Shown piece by piece: positions 33,524 to 40,745 of a stretch of 42,002 bases of DNA. Below the pieces are notes generated by a model. That model ran no database searches. It was given only the letters and a program-made list of their open reading frames with translations, and was not told the origin of the DNA. Numbering within the stretch: position 1 is the stretch's first letter; each line of letters starts with the position of its first letter. The DNA is from a virus (lineage: Duplodnaviria > Heunggongvirae > Uroviricota > Caudoviricetes), in the IMG/VR virus record IMGVR_UViG_2563366918_000005; one strand, 5' to 3'. A program made the translations under genes and the position numbers.

Positions 33524-34309
33524 TTACTTGATAAATCCTGCCGCCTTTCCTCGCCTGTATTCCTCCATCAGCCACTGCGCCGGTGTTATTCCCCCAAGGG
33601 TGGCGGCGTTAGGCATGCACCCGAAACTTCGCCCTGGTGGATGGTAAACGTCTCTCCCTGTGTCCGGAGGCGTACTCATGGGTTCTGGCTTTGCCTGTAT
33701 GCTGATCACCGGATCGGGTATCTGCTGTCCGGAAGCCACCTTTTTCGCCCAATCATCGAGCAGCCTGCGCGCGTGTTTCTCAACCTCTATCTCGCTAAGC
33801 TGGCGCTGATACATTGCACGGCGGGTATCACATACGACCCAGTACATAACCGGATGCCGCCACGGGAATCTTTCGGGACCACCAGGATATAAACTTTTTT
33901 CCTTGCTGTACCGGTGAAACTCCGTCATCACATCGTCAATGGTGACGCCAAGAACCATCTTGCTGTCTTTGCACCACTTGATGAATTGCCCTGGCGACGG
34001 CCAGAACGGAGAATCACTGGCGCGGGCGTGGCGCATACCAGCAGAAACCTGTTCACGGGTTCGGATCCCCCCTTCGGCAAACGCAGCAATCCACTGCTGT
34101 TTTGCAGCAACTTCCTGCTCTGGCGTCTTCAGGTTGGTTACCACTGCCGCCGGAAACAGTTGTTTCAACTGTTTGAAAAGGGCATCAACAAGCCTCTCTG
34201 CTGACATGTTCACTACGTTGTCATTGTTGACGTACTGATGCTCATAACCTGACATGCGAGAAAGGGCTTCTCCGTCACGGTTTTGTATTGCGGTAAAAAC
34301 GTTGTTCAC
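33524..34309 (-). CDS. lambda P-like replication (helicase-loader) protein
   Basis: 261 aa from GTG 34309. SD GGGAGGA 6 nt upstream; GTGA overlap with the O-like stop. Aligns by eye with lambda P (…WIAAFAEGGIRTREQVSAGMRHARASDSPFWPSPGQFIKWC versus lambda …WVLAFRENGITTMEQVNAGMRVARRQNRPFLPSPGQFVAWC). ATG 34324 is the alternative start. Confidence 0.85.
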   Translation of the reverse strand: MNNVFTAIQNRDGEALSRMSGYEHQYVNNDNVVNMSAERLVDALFKQLKQLFPAAVVTNLKTPEQEVAAKQQWIAAFAEGGIRTREQVSAGMRHARASDSPFWPSPGQFIKWCKDSKMVLGVTIDDVMTEFHRYSKEKSLYPGGPERFPWRHPVMYWVVCDTRRAMYQRQLSEIEVEKHARRLLDDWAKKVASGQQIPDPVISIQAKPEPMSTPPDTGRDVYHPPGRSFGCMPNAATLGGITPAQWLMEEYRRGKAAGFIK

Positions 34310-35097
34310 AAGAAATCCTCCCATGCTTCAGGGCTGTTCCAGTGCGGAACGTTGTTATCAGGTAATGTTGATTGCTTCTGTCTGCTAATCTGCAGCCGCC
34401 TTGCCAGCTTCTGCTCCCACTGCGCCTGATGGTATGCCTTACCCTCAGCCATCCAGTAAATTCTGAACTCTGCAAGTTCCTGTGCCGTTGGCAGACTGTC
34501 CAGGTAGATCCCCTGCAATGAGCTTTTCCGAAGAAAGTCATCTGATGGTTGCCATTGTTCATGCATGACAAATTTGCCTAATTGCCCTGGCCCACCAGGA
34601 GGAACAAAGTTATTCATCACGGCGTTGTTTGCGCCGGGGTCATGAGGCACAGAATCCCCGCTTTTTGTCCTGCTCTCCCTCTCTTGGTTAAATGACTGGT
34701 TATATGACTGGTTCTGGATCCCGTTTTTGGGATCATTCAACATCCCGTTTTTGGGTATATTCCCGTTTTCGGTAACATTACCGTTTTCGGGTTCATTACC
34801 CCCTTCCCGGTTGCCTTTAATGTTCCCGTTTTTGGTTATATTAAGAGAGAAAACCCGCACTCTTTTCGTCGCTCCCTTTCTCTCTCCGGTATCTGAAATA
34901 AGCCCCATTTTCATGAGCGATATAAGCCCGGCCTGCACGGTTTTTTTATTCAGGCAAGTGTCTTTAACGAGGCGTTCTATGCTGGGGTAGCAGAGGTTAT
35001 ATTCATCGGCTCTGTCAGCCATCGAGAGCAGTATGAGCTTTAATGACGAGCTACCTGGATCTGTCTCCCAGGCCCAATCTGTTGCATGTCTGCTCAT
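34306..35097 (-). CDS. replication initiator (lambda O-like role; winged-helix N-terminus, iteron-encoding middle)
   Basis: 263 aa. N-terminal HTH-like LKLILLSMADRADEYNLCYPSIERLVKDTCLNKKTVQAGLISL. Repeated NG/PKNG peptide encoded by the iterons. Immediately upstream of the P-like gene. Confidence 0.75.
   Translation of the reverse strand: MSRHATDWAWETDPGSSSLKLILLSMADRADEYNLCYPSIERLVKDTCLNKKTVQAGLISLMKMGLISDTGERKGATKRVRVFSLNITKNGNIKGNREGGNEPENGNVTENGNIPKNGMLNDPKNGIQNQSYNQSFNQERESRTKSGDSVPHDPGANNAVMNNFVPPGGPGQLGKFVMHEQWQPSDDFLRKSSLQGIYLDSLPTAQELAEFRIYWMAEGKAYHQAQWEQKLARRLQISRQKQSTLPDNNVPHWNSPEAWEDFL
34719..34835. repeat. origin iterons: 5-6 copies of TCCCGTTTT(T/C)GG(G) at 18-24 bp spacing inside the initiator gene
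   Basis: Copies at 34719, 34743, 34761, 34779, (34805, degenerate) and 34824. Adjacent direct repeat ATGACTGGTT x2 (34692-34714). Confidence 0.75.
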
Positions 35098-35112
35098 GAT
35101 TAATCTCCGCTA

Positions 35113-35313
35113 TCAGCTTGAATGTTGTGGGGAGGAATTAATCATGATCTGCTTAATCTCTGCCCTGATACGACGGTTTGATTCCATGGTGCACTCAACA
35201 CAGTGTCCGTTGTAAACCCAGCGTTCACTGTCATGTCCGTGCTTACATGTTTTTCCGGTGTAGTAGCGTTTAAGTCCGCGCTTTGCGGCATCAATACGTG
35301 TAATGATTTCCAT
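35113..35313 (-). CDS. small Cys/His-containing early protein (start uncertain)
   Basis: 66 aa from MEIITRIDAAKRGLKRYYTGKTCKHGHDSERWVYNGHCVECT (CxHxH...CxxC). No strong SD. Longer alternatives up to 35376. Confidence 0.5.
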   Translation of the reverse strand: MEIITRIDAAKRGLKRYYTGKTCKHGHDSERWVYNGHCVECTMESNRRIRAEIKQIMINSSPQHSS

Positions 35314-35392
35314 GGTAAGCCCTGTTATTAGTATTGGGATTACGGTCATTTTGTGCTGACACAAAAAAAATATCAACCAGATTTGGTTTTTT

Positions 35393-35409
35393 ATTACCTT
35401 TGAGGTACG
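35393..35409. promoter_or_regulatory. operator ATTACCTTTGAGGTACG
   Basis: Same family. Just downstream (- direction) of the terminator at 35419-35442. Confidence 0.55.
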
Positions 35410-35418
35410 AATAGATAT

Positions 35419-35442
35419 GAAAAGACCGCCGGGTGGCGGTCT
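35419..35442 (-). terminator. rho-independent terminator after the Cro-like gene
   Basis: On the - strand: AGACCGCC-accc-GGCGGTCT followed by TTTTCAT. Confidence 0.7.
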
Positions 35443-35463
35443 ACAGAGGGTTGTGGCTGGATA

Positions 35464-35694
35464 TCATGAGTAGAAGAAGTATGCCAGTTCTGCTTTTGAG
35501 CGCAGCCATTGTCTTGTTTTACAGGCTTTAAAAAGCCCATTCATCAATACTTTACCTGGCATTTTGCGCTTACCTGTTAAGTGAGTCTGGATATAGTGAC
35601 TCGTCGTTCCGGCTTCCTGTGCGAAGGCTTCACGCTCATCCGGAGTAAGTGCAAGCCAGTGCTTTTTGAAATCGAAATGTCCGTTATCGCTCAT
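35464..35694 (-). CDS. Cro-like HTH regulator
   Basis: 76 aa. First gene of the leftward early operon, divergent from the repressor. HTH-like EAFAQEAGTTSHYIQTHLTG. Confidence 0.65.
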   Translation of the reverse strand: MSDNGHFDFKKHWLALTPDEREAFAQEAGTTSHYIQTHLTGKRKMPGKVLMNGLFKACKTRQWLRSKAELAYFFYS

Positions 35695-35729
35695 AGCTAT
35701 TGCCTGATATTTATTTCAGATAATAAATA

Positions 35730-35794
35730 TTCACCCATAAGGTAACAAAAATCAAGGATAGTTACCTATGAGGTGCATTTACCTGTTGGGTAAT
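35730..35794. promoter_or_regulatory. immunity operator cluster: TTCACCCATAAGGTAAC (35730), GTTACCTATGAGGTGCA (35761), TTTACCTGTTGGGTAAT (35778)
   Basis: Three sites in the 154-bp divergent region. The last two abut directly. Candidate leftward promoter TTGATT-17-GAATAT overlaps the first site. Confidence 0.7.
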
Positions 35795-35848
35795 ATTGCT
35801 TTAAATTGAATCATCTACTGATTCATATATGAGGCGATTTTCCAGAAA

Positions 35849-36433
35849 ATGAAAAGTATCCAGGACGTCCGCAGGCAAAATCTCAACGACTTGATCGACC
35901 GTGAATTCAATGGTGTTCAGACGCGGATGGCAGAAAAACTTGGAACTCAGGCAAATCTGGTAAACCGCTGGGCTCTTGGCAAGAAGGTTATCGGCGACCA
36001 GGTTGCACGAAAAATTGAAGCTGCCGCCAATAAACCCCGTAACTGGCTTGATATTGATCGCTCGCTTTCTCAGGAGGGTTTTCAGCCTGTCGGCCCGAGC
36101 GATATAGGTCAGCTGGCGGCTCACAACCTGGAACGCTGGATGAGCGAAAGCCGCGACCTTTCAACGCAGGGAAAACTACACCGCGCATCCGGCGTCGCCC
36201 AGGTGACAATCAGCCGCCTGTTAAACAATGAGGTCAGCGTTTCCATTTCCACCCTGGAGAATGTTGCATCCGCATTCGGGCGTCACGGCTATGAATTACT
36301 GATTCACCCGCACGACCCTGCGACCATCAACTATGATCGCTCGCGCTACGCATTGTTACCCGAAACCGAGAAAGCAAAGATCGAAAGTTACATTGAATTT
36401 GTCATCAACCAGAACGAAAAAAACAAACAATAA
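35849..36433 (+). CDS. prophage repressor with two tandem HTH (XRE-type) domains and no S24 peptidase domain
   Basis: 194 aa. HTH 1 is TRMAEKLGTQANLVNRWALG. HTH 2 is KLHRASGVAQVTISRLLNN. Only ~35 aa follow the second HTH. No SD before the ATG (possibly leaderless). Confidence 0.75.
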   Translation: MKSIQDVRRQNLNDLIDREFNGVQTRMAEKLGTQANLVNRWALGKKVIGDQVARKIEAAANKPRNWLDIDRSLSQEGFQPVGPSDIGQLAAHNLERWMSESRDLSTQGKLHRASGVAQVTISRLLNNEVSVSISTLENVASAFGRHGYELLIHPHDPATINYDRSRYALLPETEKAKIESYIEFVINQNEKNKQ

Positions 36434-36453
36434 AATCATATTTTTCAGTAAGT

Positions 36454-36478
36454 AAGCCGCCAGAAGGCGGCTTTTTTA
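36454..36478 (+). terminator. rho-independent terminator after the repressor gene
   Basis: AAGCCGCC-agaa-GGCGGCTT followed by TTTTATT. Confidence 0.8.
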
Positions 36479-36489
36479 TTGCCTATTCG

Positions 36490-36568
36490 ATTACCTAATG
36501 GGTAATTTTTTTAACTCATATCTATTGACATCAAACCAGATACGCATAATTATTACCTCAACGGTAAC
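36490..36568 (+). promoter_or_regulatory. rightward early promoter region: operator ATTACCTAATGGGTAAT (36490), -35 TTGACA (36525-36530), operator ATTACCTCAACGGTAAC (36552)
   Basis: Perfect -35. The -10 is ambiguous (TAATTA / AATTAT, 36547-36553). Operators flank the promoter. Confidence 0.6.
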
Positions 36569-36586
36569 AGACCGAGGTAACAAGTT

Positions 36587-36739
36587 ATGCAGTGGAAAAT
36601 CATCAACGGTTGGTACTGCGTTACTGCATGCGGATTCATGAGCTGGAAGTTCCGCACCTTACAGGAAGGCATTAAGTGGGCTTTCGTCAGCAAAGAAGCT
36701 CGCGATGTGGCCAACGATAACGAGATATGGGAGGGCTGA
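36587..36739 (+). CDS. unlisted 50-aa early protein
   Basis: Below the ORF-track cutoff. GAGGT 8 nt upstream. MQWKIINGWYCVTACGFMSWKFRTLQEGIKWAFVSKEARDVANDNEIWEG. Its stop is 2 nt before the next ATG. Confidence 0.5.
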   Translation: MQWKIINGWYCVTACGFMSWKFRTLQEGIKWAFVSKEARDVANDNEIWEG

Positions 36740-36741
36740 TA

Positions 36742-37041
36742 ATGAACGTTAATCAGCAGAAAAATCTTCAAAAAATCATGCTGGCATTCGACAAGGACTA
36801 CCGCCTGTCAGAACAGCTATATGACCGACAAGTTGAACTGATTGAGAGTATCCGGCTTCATCAACTGGCATCAACTTTCGACGTTGTAACAGTTAAAGGC
36901 GTTCGCCAGGAAGTACTGGAGGCCGCTAAAGACAGCCCTGAGTTCGAAGAACTAATGGATGCCTACCGGCGCGAGGCAATGGCAATTATCGCCCGCTGGG
37001 ATCTGGCTGATCAGATTGATGGGCAGAGGGACGCGGCATGA
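36742..37041 (+). CDS. hypothetical early protein preceding the recombination genes
   Basis: 99 aa from MNVNQQKN (GGGAGGG SD). Confidence 0.55.
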   Translation: MNVNQQKNLQKIMLAFDKDYRLSEQLYDRQVELIESIRLHQLASTFDVVTVKGVRQEVLEAAKDSPEFEELMDAYRREAMAIIARWDLADQIDGQRDAA

Positions 37042-37859
37042 ATCCGGGAATTTATTTCGATATCAGCAACGAGGACTACCACGCCGGTGACGGCGTGAGT
37101 AAGTCGCAGCTAGATATGGTGGCTAAGAACCCTGCCCTTCTGAAATGGGTGAAGGCTGCTCCGGAAGACGAAGAGAAGAAGTCTGCACTGGACATGGGTA
37201 CTGCTCTGCACTGTCTGCTTCTGGAACCTGGAGAGTTTGACAAACGCTTCATCGTTTCACCGAAATTCGATCGTCGGACAAAACAAGGTAAAGCTGACGA
37301 AGAGGCATTTATTCGTGATGTAGCGGATATGGGGATTTCGGTACTTGATGCAGAGCAGTGGCGAAAACTGGAGCTGATGCGTGATAGCGCAATGGCTCAC
37401 CCGGCGGCACGCTGGATGTTGGAAGCACCTGGTTACTGCGAAGCATCAATGTACTGGAACGATGAAGATACGGGTGAGTTGTGCCGAATTCGTCCAGACA
37501 AATGGCTGAACGAGCACAACGTGATCGTCGACGTGAAAAAGGTTGCAGATATGGACCGTTTTGCACGCCACATCGAGGAGTTCCGCTACCACGTGCAGGA
37601 CGCAATGTACCGCGAAGGCGCAATGAGGGTTACTGGTCAGCCACATGGTTTTTTCTTTCTTGCCGTGAGCGAAAGCATTGATTGTGGTCGGTATCCGGTA
37701 CGCGTGTTCGAGCTGGATGCGCCGGATGTCGATGCCGGGCACGCTCTGTTCCGCCGGGATCTGAATACCTATCACGAATGCCGCATCAACGATGAGTGGG
37801 GCGGAGTGGAAATTATTAAACGCCCTGACTGGGCACGTAAACAGGATATGTACGTATGA
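37038..37859 (+). CDS. PD-(D/E)xK exonuclease (RecE-C-terminal / exonuclease VIII-like)
   Basis: 273 aa. N-terminal ISNEDYHAGDGVSKSQL, later IRPDK ... IVDVKK motif. Partnered with the annealase gene. Confidence 0.7.
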   Translation: MNPGIYFDISNEDYHAGDGVSKSQLDMVAKNPALLKWVKAAPEDEEKKSALDMGTALHCLLLEPGEFDKRFIVSPKFDRRTKQGKADEEAFIRDVADMGISVLDAEQWRKLELMRDSAMAHPAARWMLEAPGYCEASMYWNDEDTGELCRIRPDKWLNEHNVIVDVKKVADMDRFARHIEEFRYHVQDAMYREGAMRVTGQPHGFFFLAVSESIDCGRYPVRVFELDAPDVDAGHALFRRDLNTYHECRINDEWGGVEIIKRPDWARKQDMYV

Positions 37860-38737
37860 GCAATGATATCGCAATCACATCACAACCAGGCGCAACTGTA
37901 GGTACTGCTGCGGCAATCTTCAGCCCGGAGGGCATGAATCAACTGGTGCGTTTCGCGGAGTTGATGTCACAAAGCAAAGCGACTGTACCGAAACATCTTG
38001 AAGGCAAACCTGCCGATTGTCTGGCGGTGACCATGCAGGCGGCACAGTGGGGAATGAATCCTTTCGCCGTGGCGCAGAAAACGCATGTGGTAAACGGAAC
38101 GTTAGGCTACGAAGCACAGTTGGTAAACGCGGTCGTATCCTCTTCCAGCCTGCTAGCGACACGCCTGAATTATCGCTGGAGCGGTGACTGGTCGAATGTT
38201 AACGGCAAAACAGATAAATCACCGAATCTGACGGTAACTGTGTCAGCAGTTCTTAAAGGAGAAGCAGAACCCCGTGAGCTTACCATCAGTATGGCGCAAG
38301 CCGGAGTGCGTAACTCTCCATTGTGGGAACAGGATCCGCGCCAGCAGCTTGCCTATCTTTGCACGAAACGATGGGCTCGCCTGCACGCTCCTGATGTACT
38401 TCTCGGTGTTTACACCCCTGACGAATTACAGGAAACGGCACCGCGCGTTGAGCGAGACATTACTCCGCAAACGACCACTGCTGCGGGAATGAACAGTCTG
38501 ATCAACGCTAAACCAGCGAAAAAGCCTGATGAGCAAACGCGTAAAGCGGATAGCCGTGATCCAGAAGAAATGCTGATGGCCTTTACCAGCGCAGCGATGA
38601 ATTACAGCACTGTCTCCGAACTGGATAAGGCTTACAAATACATTGCACAAAAACTTTCAGATGATGACGAACTGCTGGCAAAAGCCACCGACGTTTACAG
38701 CGTTCGTCGGGAAGAATTAAACGAAACATCTATGTAA
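37856..38737 (+). CDS. RecT/Red-beta family single-strand annealing protein
   Basis: 293 aa. AAQWGMNPF core. The ERDITPQT segment recalls lambda Bet ERDITPVN. Confidence 0.75.
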   Translation: MSNDIAITSQPGATVGTAAAIFSPEGMNQLVRFAELMSQSKATVPKHLEGKPADCLAVTMQAAQWGMNPFAVAQKTHVVNGTLGYEAQLVNAVVSSSSLLATRLNYRWSGDWSNVNGKTDKSPNLTVTVSAVLKGEAEPRELTISMAQAGVRNSPLWEQDPRQQLAYLCTKRWARLHAPDVLLGVYTPDELQETAPRVERDITPQTTTAAGMNSLINAKPAKKPDEQTRKADSRDPEEMLMAFTSAAMNYSTVSELDKAYKYIAQKLSDDDELLAKATDVYSVRREELNETSM

Positions 38738-38786
38738 CCACCACCGCGGCGCCACGCGCGCCGCACTGCAACCAAGAGAGGTATTT

Positions 38787-39035
38787 ATGAAAGGTGCATT
38801 AGGTAAGAAGGAACTCCTGGCGGTGGTGCCACTGTCATGGAGCACTATCGACCGTATGGAGCGCGCAGGGGAATTTCCTAAACGCTGGTATATCACCGAT
38901 AAACGCTGCGCATGGAACCGTGATGAAGTTGAGCGTTGGCTTGATGAACGTCAGGCAGCAAGCCCGGCAGAGTTCCAGGGTAAAAAACCTCCTGTTCAGC
39001 AACGTGTATATCGTCCCGTGAGCAACGCGGCATGA
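38787..39035 (+). CDS. AlpA/Xis-like small HTH protein (probable excisionase)
   Basis: 82 aa. LSWSTIDRMERAGEFPKRWYITDKRCAWNRDEVERWL is typical of the AlpA/MerR-type excisionase family. Confidence 0.65.
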   Translation: MKGALGKKELLAVVPLSWSTIDRMERAGEFPKRWYITDKRCAWNRDEVERWLDERQAASPAEFQGKKPPVQQRVYRPVSNAA

Positions 39036-39192
39036 GTGTGCTGCTAAGGCACTGGAGCAAATGGTCAGGATGGTACTTATTCCTGGCCTCTGTTTCTGCA
39101 TGGCTTTATCTGCTGGCATTAATTTTCAGAGAGGGTTGGATTAAGTGAGAAAGTTAAGCCGACTTGAAAAATATCACATGAACAAGGTTTCA

Positions 39193-39444
39193 ATGCGCAG
39201 CCCTTCAAAGGTTGTTGCCGTTACTCCTGCGGCGATAGAGATCGAAAAACGCGCGATTGAAAGAGAGAAAAAAGGGCAGTTCCGCATTGCCGCCCACCTT
39301 TGGCTTCAGTGTATGGATGTTGCTTCTGGTGATGTTGAGCGTGCAAGGATCGCGGTTCGCAGGGACCAATGTATCACAAAAGGTAACGGCCTTCGCCGTG
39401 GCGACTATAGCGGCATAGGATGTTGCGGGGTGGTTTATGACTAA
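39193..39444 (+). CDS. PerC-family transcriptional activator-like protein (start uncertain, 39145-39193)
   Basis: EKKGQFRIAAHLWLQCMDVASGDVERARIAVRRDQC matches the PerC/Pch pattern (G.YRRAA..W..........ER......R...C) from memory. AAGG SD before the ATG at 39193. Confidence 0.55.
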   Translation: MRSPSKVVAVTPAAIEIEKRAIEREKKGQFRIAAHLWLQCMDVASGDVERARIAVRRDQCITKGNGLRRGDYSGIGCCGVVYD

Positions 39445-40087
39445 GAAATACACACTAATCTATGCAGATCCACCCTGGGTATACCGGGACAAAGCCGCAG
39501 ATGGTAATCGCGGTGCCGGTTTTAAATATCCGGTTATGAGTGTGCTGGATATCTGCCGCCTTCCTGTGTGGGATTTGGCCGATGAAAACTGTCTGTTGGC
39601 CATGTGGTGGGTGCCAACACAACCACTCGAAGCACTAAAAGTTGTTGAAGCCTGGGGATTCCGTCTGATGACCATGAAGGGCTTCACGTGGATAAAATGT
39701 GGTAGTCGACAACCAGATAAACTGGTTATGGGTATGGGACACATGACTCGCGCCAATAGTGAAGATTGCCTGTTTGCAGTAAAGGGAAAACTACCTCCGC
39801 GCATTAATGCAGGGATCGTTCAGTCATTTACCGCACCGCGGCTTGAGCATTCAAGAAAACCAGATGTCGTTCGTGAAAAACTTGTGCAATTGTTAGGCGA
39901 TGTTTCTCGCATTGAACTGTTCGCCCGCCAGTCGTCTCATGGCTTCGATGTTTGGGGTAATCAGTGCGAAGACCCGGCAGTGCAACTACACCCTGGATAC
40001 GCATTGGATATTGCCAGATTAACAAATGCATTCAGCAATGCTCAGGTGTCACCAATAGACAACCAGGGGCGGGAGCGTGCAGCATGA
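39437..40087 (+). CDS. MT-A70 family N6-adenine DNA methyltransferase
   Basis: 216 aa. Catalytic DPPW ([10 protein letters not shown]). Confidence 0.8.
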   Translation: MTKKYTLIYADPPWVYRDKAADGNRGAGFKYPVMSVLDICRLPVWDLADENCLLAMWWVPTQPLEALKVVEAWGFRLMTMKGFTWIKCGSRQPDKLVMGMGHMTRANSEDCLFAVKGKLPPRINAGIVQSFTAPRLEHSRKPDVVREKLVQLLGDVSRIELFARQSSHGFDVWGNQCEDPAVQLHPGYALDIARLTNAFSNAQVSPIDNQGRERAA

Positions 40088-40743
40088 ACCTATATCAACG
40101 CATCAATGGCGCTGACTGGTGCAATATCTTCGTCGTCGGCGATCTGCATGGGTGCTACACGCTGCTGATGAACGAACTCGACAAAGTTTCATTCGACCCG
40201 GCGCGCGATTTACTTATTTCCGTTGGTGACCTTGTTGACCGCGGCGCTGAAAACGTCGAATGCCTGGATTTGATTACTATGCCGTGGTTCCGAGCTGTTC
40301 GTGGCAACCATGAGCAGATGATGCTGGATGCACTGGTCAACGGCGGAAGTTTCGGACATTGGATGTCAAACGGCGGTGGATGGTGGCACCAACTTGATTC
40401 TGAGCAGGATGTGCAACTCAAATACCTTCTGCCAAAGATTACCAACCTCCCGATGATTATCGAACTGGTTACCGGCAATAAGAAGGTCGTCATCTGTCAC
40501 GCAGACTACCCGCACAACGAATACGCATTCGATAAGCCAGTACCAGAAGAAATGGTGATATGGAATCGTGAGCGGGTTAGCGACGCGCAGGACGGTATTG
40601 TCTCGGAGATAACCGGTGCCGATTTGTTCATCTTCGGTCATACGCCAGCACATCACCCACTGGTGTATGCAAACCAGATGTACATCGACACCGGCGCAGT
40701 GTTCTGCGGAAATCTGACGCTTACCAAAGTCCAGGAAGGATAG
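40084..40743 (+). CDS. lambda-type Ser/Thr protein phosphatase (metallophosphoesterase)
   Basis: 219 aa from MNLYQRI (ATGA overlap with the methylase stop). Motifs GDLHG, GDLVDRG, GNHE. Confidence 0.85.
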   Translation: MNLYQRINGADWCNIFVVGDLHGCYTLLMNELDKVSFDPARDLLISVGDLVDRGAENVECLDLITMPWFRAVRGNHEQMMLDALVNGGSFGHWMSNGGGWWHQLDSEQDVQLKYLLPKITNLPMIIELVTGNKKVVICHADYPHNEYAFDKPVPEEMVIWNRERVSDAQDGIVSEITGADLFIFGHTPAHHPLVYANQMYIDTGAVFCGNLTLTKVQEG

Positions 40744-40745
40744 AA

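Noticed and set aside
34719-34835. Regularly spaced short repeats considered as a possible CRISPR array.
   Set aside because: The repeats are only ~13 bp with 5-11 bp spacers and lie inside the replication initiator ORF. These are classic origin iterons. I saw no CRISPR-like array and no rRNA gene in the window.
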